A DNA stretch of 63,748 nt, filler included, from Neolecta irregularis DAH-3 (Eukaryota): assembly GCA_001929475.1 (NCBI GenBank). It is 7 parts of 7 records of this genome, joined end to end, with 100 filler letters (N's around TTAATTAATTAA, not from the genome) between each part and the next. Parts side by side here need not be neighbours in the genome. Positions count along the whole stretch, not along the records: positions 14,638 to 18,094 come from LXFE01000875.1; positions 18,195 to 21,269 come from LXFE01000877.1; positions 21,370 to 34,764 come from LXFE01000878.1; 4 more parts are not named here. One strand, given 5' to 3'. The position numbers and the translations under genes are program-made. The notes under the pieces were generated by a model, which saw nothing but the letters and a program-made list of their open reading frames with translations, did not search any database and had not been told where the DNA came from. Of the stretch, positions 14,638-27,311 are shown one piece after another. Each line of letters starts with the position of its first letter. The stretch's first letter is position 1.

Positions 14638-16637
14638 GTAGGATATTCCCTGTTTTAGAAAATGGAGATATTTCTTTTGTGTGGCTGGCGAACGCAGCCT
14701 AAGACTATATTGTATTTGATAGCCTAAATGATGGGTACGTGGCTGGATACCCCGTGTCCCAAGTCTTTATAAATGGCCACAATCTTCAGCCACTATCTTC
14801 ATTGGCAAGGAATGTACAAAATGTATATCCTTACAGTGGGGTAGTTGGACGGAACTCCAAGTGTGACCTGCGTTTATTTATCCCTTCTTTAGGAGACGGA
14901 GATATTTATAAGGAAGTCCTTGGCGCCCTTTCCCTATAGAGAGTAGGCTGTTTAAAGAAAGGCAAACATAAGGGAACATTATCTAAAAAGTAACAGGAAA
15001 CAAATCACTGGTAAAGTGCTTATCAGCCCAGCCCGTGGCCTGTCCACAACACTGACTAAAGAGCGAAAATTGAATCAACTGAAAGGCAAGAATAACAACA
15101 TTGTACATTAGAATAACATAATAGAGTAATAGAAGTAGAAATGTGGTAAGCATATTATACTACAATATAGTACGTTCTACACTTGGTCCCTCAGTTCCTT
15201 TTATCCGACCTGCACAACCGAGCTACTTCTCAGAGCATTCACTGGGCGCGGGGGAGACGGGGAGTGGGACTGGGGGGAGACGGCGAGTGGGATGGACTCA
15301 GGGGGGGAGTGGGACTAATGGTTGTCATATGTTCAAAAACCTGTTCCAACAAAGAACTTGGATTCGGGTAGCAACCTGTAATTCAAGACAACAGGAATAA
15401 GCGTATCAACTGTAAACCCAAAAAGTGGCATGTACAGCAGAGAAAGAGCTTGCTCACAAACATACCCACCATACATTTACATAGATGAAAGTTTGAATAT
15501 GGAAATAATTAACCACCTTTGGAAAATTCAACCCACTTCTTCATTCACGTTTTACGGTGAAAAGAGAGATAAGCAATTCGACAGCTCCAAGAAACAGTGC
15601 AACTCTCAGGCCATCAGTGAAAATTGTCATAGCAAGCCAGAGAACAATTTCCATGTTGCAAAAACAAGTTAGATCGAATCGCTTCGCGTGGAAGCGTGAA
15701 AGTCGACCAAACTTTCAAGAACAGATACTACACTTGATCTAAGCCAAAAGGCAAAGAAAAGCTGGGGAAAACAAAAGTGGAAAGGCTTTCTTATATACCT
15801 GTTATAACGAGGAAAAACAAATATGTTTGTCGTTAATTAACATGTGATTTCATTTTCGTGGCTCGGTTTATCAATCTTTTTATCAAGATGTAGGCCACAC
15901 TAGAGTCTACCACAGAGAATACTTGCATATCTTTTGGTTGTTTGGCCATTCAAGGAGTCTCAGCCATGTACCAGAGCACCGCAACAAGCTCTCATTCTTG
16001 GTAGAATTCATTGAACGTCATTTTTCGCCTTACACATGATAAATTAAAAGTAGATATATTTTCATTTTATCTAGACTCTTGCAAGGTAGAAACACTATTT
16101 GGTCTGATTCATAATCTTCATCAGCCTACGCGATACTATAAAAGGAAAGGCTTCAACTTGTTTAAACATGTGATAAACAGTAAGATGAAATGGATCTCTT
16201 AAACGGATGCTCGATTTGGCATTTTAATGGCAAAATTTATGCATTCATATATTTGTAAAAGTTTTTTCGCTAAATATATGTTCCCGAGCCAGTTGCAAAA
16301 GTATTGTTCTTTGTTGGGTGCGTTTACAAGCAGAACACTGTCGTTCAAATCGACCATGGACAGTCTTTTGGACTATGCATGTTGTAACAAGGAGCGAAAA
16401 TCGTATGCGGCTGGAAAATAGGGAGAACAAGATGTGGGTATGTTTTAAAGAACTCGAATGGATTCATCGATTGATCTTATTGGCAAGACGGCTTTACAGT
16501 TTCTCAGCCAAAGATTCTCGAAGCGGAGTATACCGAATGTCATGTAGCCGTAAAATTGGTGTATTCTGGTCGAAAGGCAGTTTTACTGGATTTCGCAGCG
16601 CGCACGTTCGACTCTCTGGCCAAGAGTCCCCCCCTAC

Positions 16638-18094
16638 ATGAAGCGAGCCCATTCCGCTATCTCCACGGACTTTTCCGCCCGTCCGCTATTAGATTCCTAC
16701 AGGCCTTCTTCTCCGAATAAAAATAGCCTCCGTCCACGTTCAAAATGCGCCTCTCCATCCTTCGACGGATGTAGTCATATCGATAAAACCTATCAGATTC
16801 TGGGAAAACTCGGGGAAGGTACATTCGGGTAAGACCGCTTTGTAGGCCAGAACTTACTTCGTAGAGAGGTTTATAAAGCTCGGAAACGAGGACATGGGGA
16901 TTATGCACCTTTATATGCGTTGAAGAAAATATTGATGCACAACGAGAAGGAAGGGGTATAATAGAAGCTTGACAGACCCGTTGCTGATGATTATCTATAG
17001 TTTCCGATAACAGCCCTCCGGGAAATAAAGATTATAAAAATGCTAAATCATGTTAATGTAATTCCGTTGGTGGAAATGACTGTTGAACGAGGCATGCAGC
17101 ATTCATAAATGATTTATTGACGTGGTATAGGAGACCGGAAACAGAGGAAACGAGGATGGGTTTATATGGTCACGCCGTATATGGATCACGACCTCGCTGG
17201 GTTACTGGAAAATCCAAGCATCAAATTTACACCGGGTCAGGTCAAATGTTATATGAAGCAGCTGCTCCAGGGTGTGGGATACCTTCATCAAGCATATGGC
17301 TTTATCAAGATATTATTAACTGTCTAGAGTAAAATTCTTCATCGAGATATCAAAGGTATATTAGTTTGTGCATGCACGGTTGACAGAGAGCGGCGAATCT
17401 TTTAATAAATAACAGAGGGATTTTAAAAATAGCCGATTTTGGACTGGCGAGACCATACGATGAAGATCCACCGAGTCCTGGCGCTACGGGACCTCCCATT
17501 GCACAGAGGGATTATACAAATTGCGTGGTGACGAGATGGTATCGGCCGCCGGAGCTATTGCTCGGCACCCGAAGGTATACTACTGCGATTGATTTATGGG
17601 GCGTGGGGTATTTGTTTTTGCAATCTGGGGCCCGATCTGATTCCTAGATGCGTGATGGGTGAAATGTTGAGGGGAACCCCTATTCTGCCGGGAAGTTCTG
17701 ATTTGGACCAGCTGGACAGGATCTTCAGGCTGGTTGGGTCGCCTTCGGAGGAGAACATGCCCGGGTACAGCCGGTTTCCGGGGTGTGAAGGAGTGCGGAT
17801 GTTCAAGACATACCCTCCGACGATTCATGGGCAGTTTGTGGGGTATGGGTGCCTTTGCCGGCCGAATTTTGAAGCAGTAGATTCGGCATGCTGACGGTGT
17901 CGCTGCTGTCTGGCCTGCTGACACTGGATCCGCAGCGGCGCCTGGGGGCTCTTGAGGGGCTGAAGCACGAGTGGTTCTCCAAAGAGCCGTTTCCAGCGGA
18001 GCCGGCCGATCTGCCGCCGTACGAAGCGAGCCACGAGTACGACCGGCGGATAAGCCGCAACGGCAACCACCCGCCTCCGGCGCCGACCGGCGGG
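16638..18094 (+). CDS. BUR1: Bur1/Sgv1/Cdk9 cyclin-dependent kinase; 3' end lost in gap (7 introns, 2 GC-AG)
   Basis: [95 protein letters not shown]. Confidence 0.95.
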
Positions 18095-18223
18095 NNNNNN
18101 NNNNNNNNNNNNNNNNNNNNNNNNNNNNNNNNNNNNNNTTAATTAATTAANNNNNNNNNNNNNNNNNNNNNNNNNNNNNNNNNNNNNNNNNNNNTTTTTT
18201 AAAAAGTCGTCTGACCTCTATAG

Positions 18224-18820
18224 CTGTATGAGAACTGCCAGAGATTGGTGTGTATTTCATTCGCAAACGAAATGGCCGATGCATGTAGATCTCACGGCAT
18301 TGATTCTTCTGAGGTCGCGATAGCGGCTGCTACAAAACCTTTTGGCTACGCACCTTTCTATCCCAGCCTTGGTATTGGCGGTCACTGTATCCCAGTGAAT
18401 CCATATTATTTGTTTTCAAACAACGACTTTCCCCTGCTTCGATACGCTACAGAAGTAGCGAAAGAACGACCAAGTCGTCTTGCAGATAAGGTTCTTGAAA
18501 ATTCTAGTATTGCCGTCGAAGATGTTCGGGTTTTGGTCGTTGGCGTTGCCTTTAAACGTGGACAAAGCAATATTTCCCATTCTCCCGGAGTAGCATTTTC
18601 TAGACAGCTACTTTCCAGGAAAGTCGGAAAAGTGGCTTATTGTGATCCTCTGGTGGCCCAAGAACACGTCCCAGACGTGGCACAATACTGTGATTGGTCG
18701 AAAGAGGCTCTCGAGAGAGATTTTGATATTATTGTTGTTGGGTTAAAGCAAGAGGGGCTCGATTTTAGTGTCCTTGAAGGACTGGGAGGTTGTGATGTAG
18801 TGTGGCATTGCCTGAAATGA
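18224..18820 (+). CDS. UDP-glucose/GDP-mannose dehydrogenase family (UDP-GlcNAc/ManNAc dehydrogenase-like), C-terminal exon; 5' part lost in gap
   Basis: LYENCQRLVCISFANEMADAC, AAATKPFGYAPFYPSLGIGGHCIPVNPYYL, VLVVGVAFKRGQS, YCDPLV; preceded by CTGAC...TAG acceptor. Confidence 0.9.
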   Translation: MYENCQRLVCISFANEMADACRSHGIDSSEVAIAAATKPFGYAPFYPSLGIGGHCIPVNPYYLFSNNDFPLLRYATEVAKERPSRLADKVLENSSIAVEDVRVLVVGVAFKRGQSNISHSPGVAFSRQLLSRKVGKVAYCDPLVAQEHVPDVAQYCDWSKEALERDFDIIVVGLKQEGLDFSVLEGLGGCDVVWHCLK

Positions 18821-19131
18821 ACTGATAGCGTCGTTTGGTAGAACATTGGCTATTCCTCGCATCAGACGTGTCGAAGTTGCTTCTTTGTCTCTTAGTTTAT
18901 TATACAAATCAATTTTGGAAGGCGGTAGTATACGGAGGCTCCCTATAGCCAGGTTCGACTGTGGCCCACGCCCAACACCATCCCGACATTATGCAATTTA
19001 CCTTGATTGCTCGCTATCGGGGTGCTTTCTGTATACTGGCAAACAACGGCTATATTGGATTCTTTCTGAGCGTATATTCGCTACTCTGAAACCGAATCCA
19101 CTGGACAGAACAGAGCGGCGCCTGTTCATGT

Positions 19132-20314
19132 TCACTCGCCTTGGAGCAGAATGGCCGCTGCTGCATCTGCATCGCCGCCTGCTGCTGCCAGCGCCTGCTC
19201 AGCCTCTGCCCGCGCAAACCCGAGCTCGACCAGGCCCTCCACCCGCTCCTCCGCCGTCTCGCCCTCCCGCCCGCCCGCCTGCGCCAGCTCGCCCTCGCTC
19301 AGAAACCCGATCTCGCTCTCCCCGATCCGCAAACACCCGTTCTTCAGATCGATGCAGGCCTGGTGCGCCTTGAGCATGTCCAGCCCAAACAGCACATCCA
19401 CCCCGCGTCCCTTGCCCATCAGCGCACTCTTCGTCCCTGCATCTCACCTCCATAATCGTCAGGCTGCACGGCAAATACATGTTGCCCAGCTTCATCTGCA
19501 CAGAATGCACCCGTCCCAGCTACCCGGTCAGCCGAGCACATCTCCCCAGACTTGCAATCTTGGCAGTCCCCACCCCCCGGGCTACCCCTGCAAACCGCCT
19601 ATCCACAAGCCGCATAATACTGCATCAGCATATTTGAGGGCTTCCCACTCACCCGCATCTCTCTGCACACTCTGGGCTCATAATCGTCGCTTGCGCCCCA
19701 GAATCAATAAACGCAAGTTGCTGCCACTGTCAATAAATATCATATTTGCTCACCCACCTTGTGTCCATTCACTTCAATCGGCACATAGAGCATAACAACC
19801 CGTCCAAATGACTCGGGATGATACTCCATAGCTAAATCAGTCTTGATATAATATCTTGTTACCGTTTTGTAAATTCTCCATAATCTGATCCTGCCGAATC
19901 GCCTGTCAAGTAAGATAATTTCCTATAAAAAGATACCTGTTCAATCCGTATTTGTGTTTGACTGTTCAATGGATCTTGTTCAAGGATAGACTATATCAGT
20001 CAACTGGTGCGCTTTACCCTAAATACACTCTCCCGATTCCTATCTGCTCTCGCGCGTTCTTGCAACGATTCAATCAACAAGATAAACCTAAATATCAACC
20101 CGCATTCCTTTTAATAGGTATGTACCGCGGTGGATCATTTAGTGCTGCGTCCGCTAATTCAGGTTGCGAGAGTTGTAATTGAGCTAATAAATCAGGTTGT
20201 GCAAGAATCTGTAATCTAATATAAAATGTTATTTGCTTGTTTTGCGATACTATACCGTATTGTTTCTGCGTCCATGAATGCCGAGTCGTCGATTGGTTTT
20301 GTATTTTGAGACAT
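19132..20314 (-). CDS. DDI1: Ddi1/Mud1 retroviral-like aspartyl protease ubiquitin receptor (HDD-RVP-UBA, no UBL)
   Basis: Spliced: [80 protein letters not shown]-terminal [18 protein letters not shown]. Confidence 0.95.
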
Positions 20315-20450
20315 TTGTTGGGTTGTGCTTTGGGAGGCAGGAGGTTACACGTGCGTTTTTACTTCCGAGTCGAGTGTATCTCTTCACCGTCTCGACTACA
20401 AAGTTCCCTTACACCTGCGCTGTCATCCTTCTCGCTTTATACACTTCCCA

Positions 20451-21043
20451 ATGGACGAACTCAAACCAGATGACAAGAAAATTAAAATGCAAAAACTCGA
20501 TGCGGGACTATCACAGCCGCCACCCCCACCTCGGAAAAACTTGAATCTAGAAGAAAATCTTCATAAAACACAATTAATACCCGCCGGCGCTGCATTCGGG
20601 AATAAGGGAAAAGGAGCTGGCTATTACTGCCAACACTGCGACCTCAACTTTCGCGATAGTTTAAGTTGGTTAGACCATCTAAACAGCAAACAACGTTCGT
20701 CTCACTCTTCTGTTTTTCTTTATGTGTTAATTTTGCAGATTTGCGAGCGTCGAATCAGAGTGGACGGATAGTTAGAGCTACATTGATTGATGTCCAACGG
20801 AAATTAAATTCCTTGAGAGAGAGTAAACACCAACAAGAACAACTTGATTCAAACGTTGATTTTTGGAAACGTATTGAGGAGCGCAAGGGTTTAATTGCTC
20901 TTGAAAAGAAAATGAACAAGGAACGACGACAATTAAGGAAAGCTAAACGGAAAGAAGAAATACAGACAACGACGTTGCAGGAGGGGAATCAGGATGTTGG
21001 GCGGTTGATGGGATTTACCGGATTTGGTTCTTCCAAAGTATAA
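20451..21043 (+). CDS. SNU23: U4/U6.U5 component Snu23/ZMAT2 (1 intron)
   Basis: GNKGKGAGYYCQHCDLNFRDSLSWLDHLNSKQ|HLR matrin-type zinc finger, RATLIDVQRKL, C-terminal LMGFTGFGSSK. Confidence 0.93.
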
Positions 21044-21369
21044 GTTTTGGAAAACGTTGTTTTCTTGGATCTTTCGCTATATGGCATTTTGGTGGATGGT
21101 GGGGTTTTTGTATATTATTTTTTCTAGACACAAAGCAGTATTATTCCGGGTATTGCCAAATGCAACCGTCCTTTCATCTCATATCCTCATATCACCCCCA
21201 GAGTTTACTTCTCGAGTCTCATACTGTGGGATATTACATGTCAAGACTCCATTGAATGGGTAGTCGTACNNNNNNNNNNNNNNNNNNNNNNNNNNNNNNN
21301 NNNNNNNNNNNNNTTAATTAATTAANNNNNNNNNNNNNNNNNNNNNNNNNNNNNNNNNNNNNNNNNNNN

Positions 21370-21485
21370 GGCGGGCGGGCGGGTGGCAGGCGGCTAGGAA
21401 TTGCTGATTTACAGAGTCTGATAACATTTTGTGGTTCAGACTTAACATTTGCAATCCAGCATTCACTAAATAACAAAAATTGCCA
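21370..21485 (+). repeat. Partial copy of the 37250-37783 element at a contig edge
   Basis: GCGGGCGGGCGGG...TGCAATCCAGCATTCACTAAATAAC matches 37305-37375. Confidence 0.55.
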
Positions 21486-21708
21486 ATATAAATTGTTTTC
21501 TTTTGAGACTGGATTTCTTTTTCTCGGGGATATCTGATCTCGTACTGTCGGGGGAAATGAACAGAAGGCCAATACCTGCGTCTTGACAGTTGGTTTACCA
21601 GTGTCTGATGATTTCTCCTACCACTGTTATCACGAAATAGATACTAACAATCAGTATCCTATCTCGGAAATGAATATTCATCAGGAAGGAATATACGAAA
21701 GCTATGTA

Positions 21709-22543
21709 TTATGGTAGGAAATTGAATTTTCTCCTAAGTTAATTAATTCTTTAAAGGAGAGCAAGACCTCGCGGAAAGATCAAAACTAATGCAGACATTT
21801 ATCATGAATTTGTCGAAAATGGAGGGAGCTAGTCGATGACTCCTTGGATTATTCCCTCTAGAGATTTTCACTACAAATTCAATCTTCTCGCCAGCTTCTG
21901 AGGACTAAAATATGTCAGATTACTCCGAAGAAGCCTACGGGTACTGTGGAATATCTCCGCCTGCTCGGCTTGACAACGACCCTACCCAACCCACAAATAT
22001 TCGGAAATATTTTGCTGAAGCTTCCGGTTCATTCGCACGCAAGGATAGGCCCAGATTATCGGACATGTGAGATACCCTCTATTACACACAAGATTCCCAA
22101 CTTCAGTAACTTTTCGATCGATAAATGTGACGCTCTTATTGCTATCTCTGCCGCCAGTTCCAATTACTTTGCTCGAAAAGATGTTCAATATGAATCTTGG
22201 CGACTGGTTTTCATTGACCTGTTGCAACCTGTTAGATCGCTAGAGCTACATGTCCAGCTGCAGGAGAAACCGAGATTCAGGATAAAGTCTTGCTTCCCTT
22301 GATTCAAGCTCTCCAAAAAAACCCTCCAGCTTGGAAAAATTCGATTGAACACTATCTTCATACCGGGAGATCTCACAAACCAGACTAACAATTCTTGTCA
22401 AATTAGTGGAAATCTTCGCTGTCTACTAGTCTTCGGGTCAAATAAACCATGCCCCCGACCTTGCCAAATCTGAGTAGGGTCTTATAGGAACACTTGACTA
22501 ACTTAACATGTTCCTTTGAACATGATTGGTGTATCTGTGCCAT
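21709..22543 (-). CDS. Hypothetical multi-exon protein, function not recognised
   Basis: Can be spliced with short GT-AG introns into MAQIHQS...FGK|TAKISTNLTRIVSLVCEISRYEDS...ESR|LQQVNENQSPRFILNIFS...; boundaries uncertain. Confidence 0.35.
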
Positions 22544-22704
22544 CTGAAATAGTGACCAAAACAGCCAACCCTCAATTGTAGACCGCTACAACTCAAATAT
22601 AGGACACAGAAATTCTGCAGGACATAACGAGGAATAGGATTCTACAAAGTTTATCTAGTTGAGCTGTACAATCAAAAATCAAGAAAGTTTGGGGTTGGGT
22701 TTGC

Positions 22705-24476
22705 TTATTGGCTCAGCTCATATACATTGCCTTCATCCTCGTCTACAATGATGGGATCTAGATCCGTAGAATGCTCTCGACGCCTCTCTGATGAACTATC
22801 GTGCATTTCTTTACCCCTTTTCTCGACCTTTGCTTCAACGTTCCTGCTTGCTTCAATCCATTGTATTATATCGCGCTCAATATCACGGATGGCTCTCTCT
22901 AATGAAATTACTGTCACACCGAGAATTTCTGAGGCCTTTGTTAGAAGTAAATTATATTCTCTCGGCTTCTCATCAGATCTTCGGTAGCGCTGATACTTCC
23001 TGATCTCTGGTTCGCTAGAGCTCGGCTGACAAGTGTTAGCATCTCCATAGATGTCATACATTCGATCCGAAAACGTTGGTAATGCAAGTTTCGGTGAATT
23101 TGATCGCCCTTGAGGGACCGGAAAGATGGATACAAGACCCCGAGGAACTATTTCGTGAGCTATTTGATGCTCCATGGAAAACCAACATTGCACATCTTCC
23201 TCATCAACAACCCAATTCTTCTCGAACCAAGCAAGATACTCGTCGATCTCCAGACCGGTCATTGATAAGACATCGGCGTCTACTTTGGATATATGTGCAG
23301 CGACTGGAGGCATATCACTCATCACATTCTCCCACTTTGTCCAATCAATAATACTTGTACTGCGTCCAGGAGGATGAAACATGCGGATAGCGATGATAAT
23401 ATGTGCCATCAAATTGCTTTCTGGGAGTTGAGAATACCGGGAAGAAATTGATGATAAGGAAAGATTTGGTTTGATGATATCGATCAAAGCTTTTGTTGGC
23501 CTGTACACTTCCACTAAATTTTAAGCAAACTGAGCTCTGAAAGAAGAACATGCATGGAAGAAGGAGATCTCCAATATACCGTGAGAGAAACATTGGAACA
23601 TTGAGAGGCGAAAATTTCAATTTGTAATGTTCATGCAATAAAAGTGAGAGCTGTCGAGCATACTTGGAAAGTCGAGTAACAGTAATTATGCTCTGAAAAT
23701 GTAAGTAAAATTCTAATCGAATGGGCCCACTTGAGGAGAGAGCGCTTCGTAATATTTGGGCTGTAAATATTTTCGTTCATTCTTCGGTACGACTGAAAAT
23801 AGTCGATGGTAAGAGAGCCGATCTGTTGTGAAGGCTTGATGGATCGTAGTCAGACTCAGCGGAAGTCTCATATAATGGCAAGAAAAATACAGGAAAATAG
23901 GAAGAAACGGCAGTAGCGGACGATGCAAAGGCTTATGGGCGCTTATGACTTGTCGAGATATTGAAGGGGGAGATTCTTCAGATAATTCGGATGCTGTAGG
24001 TGGCGAACATGATTCAACGATTGTTTCCCTTCCGATGATACCTAGATACAATGTCCAGAACTCTCGAGCGGTGCACTGGACGTGAGACGTGATGATCATA
24101 GCATGCCTACTTCGATAGTTTTCGGCAATCCGAACTCAACAATAGCCTGACGAATAAATGTTGACAGCATTAGCTGATACGCCCTTAAAAACAAATTGAA
24201 GCCCTCCGCGCCATACACAACTAACCTCATTAGCAAATTTAATCTCTTAACACTTCTTGTCATACCTTTCGTTTCCTTGAGGAATTTCACACCTTTCGTT
24301 TTAGCTCTTCGCGATCCAATTTCTCGATATCCCCCTTCGCCCTCCATTTCTACCGCTCCTTCAACAAGATGTCCTCGAAAGCAGTACGTAAGGCCATCTT
24401 GTTGGTGAAATCGATTCGTTTTACAGGATGGATGAATGCACTGAGATGATTTGAAATACTTTACCGGCGGTGGCAT
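22705..24476 (-). CDS. RRN7: RNA polymerase I initiation factor Rrn7/TAF1B (4 introns, 1 GC-AG)
   Basis: N-terminal zinc ribbon CxxxxC...DGLTYCFRGH, YGAEGFNLFLRAYQLML, AREFWTLYL, FLYFSCHYMRLP, LPESNLMAHIIIAIRM, IDEYLAWFEKNW. Confidence 0.85.
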
Positions 24477-25120
24477 CTGACGGCATATATTCAGGGCTTT
24501 GTTTTATTGAATGATTGTGCTAAGCAGATGTTCGGTTCTCCAGTGATATCAGTGAGATTCAAGGAAGGAGTCGTTATTTAGAACTGAACGCCCGCCGCAA
24601 GGCATTCGGATCTTGGACGTGGAAAAACAAATACCACTAGGATGGATCACTTTTACACCGGAGTGTAGCGACTGATTGCCTGAAATAGCAGGATAATCAA
24701 TTGATATTGACAGTTGTCCTAAATTAGGTGAAACTCTGATGTTTTAAATTGCAGCCGATGTCGTTACCTCAAACGAAAATTCTGTTTGTGTAAGTCACCT
24801 TCATTGTAGGGAGCGTTCCCTGGGTGCTCGAACACATTGCTTTTCGTCAATTTCTTTGAATAAGAGTCTTCTTTTTTGTCCTTGAACGCTTTCAACTCTT
24901 TCATTTTCGGAATCTTGTAAAATCTTACTGCAGCGTAGGAGAAATGTATAAGGGATACCGCATAAATAAGAGTTATGTTTTTGATTTTCTGTAAGGTCGT
25001 TGAATGATTTCTATTCGGAGGATTTTACGTATGTATCTGAATGTTCATGGAACCCCAAGAGGTATTATGGGAAATTTTAGATTTTGACACCCAGCGTCTT
25101 CTAACTTCACGGTAGCAGCA

Positions 25121-26626
25121 ATGTCTTTATACGCCGCTCTCAAGAGTCATGACACCCAAATTCCCAATAACAATTCTTCTACGTCCGCAGAGTCTCAGAA
25201 AGCATCTCTATACGCATCGTTAACACCTTCAACATGTGCCCAACCCCAAATATCTTCTAAGCCGATATTATATGTACAGCCTGAGCCAACACCAGAAGTA
25301 GCACCTCAAGAAGACAAGAAAGCTGGTATATCCTTTGAATGAACTGAGAATGACGTATAGCTTTTAGGTTTCAGCAGGTCCAGCGTCGTCCGCCTTCGAA
25401 AAAGCAAAACAAGCAGAAAACTCAAATCGCCTCAGTTGCCCAGTCCGCTCCCTCTATACAAAATATAACCAAGTTGTCCGACTGGACTAACGATCATGAA
25501 GAGAGCTACCATGAACCTGTACCTCGTCGTCAAAAGAAGAAGCGGAAGAAGAATATAAAACCGACCTTACCTGGATGGGACGATGATTATGACCCTTCAA
25601 AACCAAACGATTATGAATACTACAAGCAATCAGACGAAAACATCCGAGAGAGTATTGACTGGGGCTATAAACTTATCGGTCGTACAGGCGACACAAGTGA
25701 CGAAGAAGAAAGCGAAGAAGATCGACGACCCTTGAGTACACTATTCTTCGTGGTGAGTTTATTGATCAGTAGTGACTTTTGCTCCACCAAAACAATTCGC
25801 AGACGAAGATGTTGATGTTGAGAACCCCAGAATAGGACAGGAAGCCATTCCCCAAGAACTTATACCTCCACCTCTACCTGTCGATATACCCATGGAGGAA
25901 AGCGGAGAAGATGCATATGCTCGAAGACTTCGATTGTCTGGACTTGCACCTCATGCAGCTATTGCTTCTTCGCCAAGCTACTTGCCACCTATTCCATCTC
26001 GACCACATATATCCGCTGATCCGACCGTCTACCTGCCTGCAGAAAATCCTCCTGTCGTACCAGTTCTCGAGTCAGCCTCTGAATATCAATCTACACGCCC
26101 CGGTCAAAAAGACTTTGCAAAACGATTAATGTCAAAATACGGTTGGACGCCGGGAACTGGTCTTGGAGCGTCCTCAAATGGCATAATCAATCCTCTCGCC
26201 GCAAAGATAGATAAAGGCAAAAAGGGCTCTGGAACAATAATCGATAGAAACGAAAAATCATATGAAGAGAAATACGGCAAATTTGGCAAAATGAATAGGG
26301 TTATCTGTCTCGAAAATGTAATTGAGCCCGGACAAGTCGATGAAGACTTGGCAGGCGAAATTGGCGGAGAATGCGAGAAGGTACGTGAATGTACTTGTTA
26401 TGACTCTGTCCTAATCATGGTATAGTATGGAGTGGTAGAGCGTGTCAGCATTTCTGAAGATGGCCCTGAAGTTAAGATCTTTGTCTTCTTCGTAGATCAG
26501 CTTGCTGCTTTGCAGGTATAGTTTGATGTGAGATGGTTAGCTGATGTATTTTAGGCCGTCAATTCATTGAATGGTCGGATATTTGGAGGCAGAGAGATTC
26601 GAGCCCGTTTCGCAATTGAGGAGTAA
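25121..26626 (+). CDS. SPF45: Splicing factor Spf45/RBM17-like (G-patch + C-terminal RRM/UHM; 4 introns)
   Basis: MSLYA, WDDDYDPSKPNDYEYYK, EDAYARRLRLSG, FAKRLMSKYGWTPGTGLGA, VICLENVI...EIGGECEK|YGVVERV, AVNSLNGRIFGGREIRARF. Confidence 0.9.
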
Positions 26627-27311
26627 ACAATGTAAATGGGAAATTCCTAAAATTGTTGTTTGGTAAATGTGGTAATCTTCATTCGAACTCTAAACAAATA
26701 TCGTACTCCCTATGATTATGTTATTTTGCACCAACGTCTTCTTTGCCAGTGGTAAGACATCGGCAAGTGCTGCTACAATTTCATCAACACTGTTAAGCTC
26801 TTAGGAAGAGAAAGAGTTCAAATATCTTACTGATACTAATCTAAGATACTTACGGTGCTCGATTACAATCTACTGGGTGTGAAGACTTGTGGTTTCAGCC
26901 TGGAACTAGTCAGCGTGAGCATATCCAAATTGCAAACCCAAAATGCCTCGAGTAGGTGCCGAACAAGCTAGCATACACAAAAGTGCATGGAGATGGAATG
27001 ATTCGGTATAGAACCCCGACGGAAGCTCCACTGAAGGTGTGCTTTGCTCGAAATCAATGAGGGTTGAGACTATTTCGGAACCCTGACCGTTGTTGTTTAT
27101 TGGGCTAAAAATAGCGCCGGACTAAAGCCAAGCGCCCGTATTTTTTATAAGGCCAGCCGACCGCCGAGCCGTGTTTTCTTCACCTCCTTTTTACATCCAT
27201 CTCCAACTCACACCACGCCCTCTTGTGCCCTCTAGTGAAGGAACTGTCATTGGAATAGAACTAATCCTTGCCAAAAACCCCTTTCCCAGCCGTTTACTTC
27301 GCTTTACCACA

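Noticed and set aside
16199-16467. Minus-strand frameshifted stretch weakly resembling an F-box (FFKTYPHLVLPIF...DFRSLLQHA*SKRL)
   Set aside because: Too weak to support by eye; needs an HMM search.
18920-18978. GGTTCGACT resembling a tRNA T-loop
   Set aside because: The T-stem does not close properly and no acceptor, D or anticodon arms can be built.
10052-26626. Apparent cluster of splicing factors (SF3B1, SNU23, SPF45)
   Set aside because: They lie on different contigs separated by artificial gaps and are interspersed with unrelated genes; no evidence of functional clustering.
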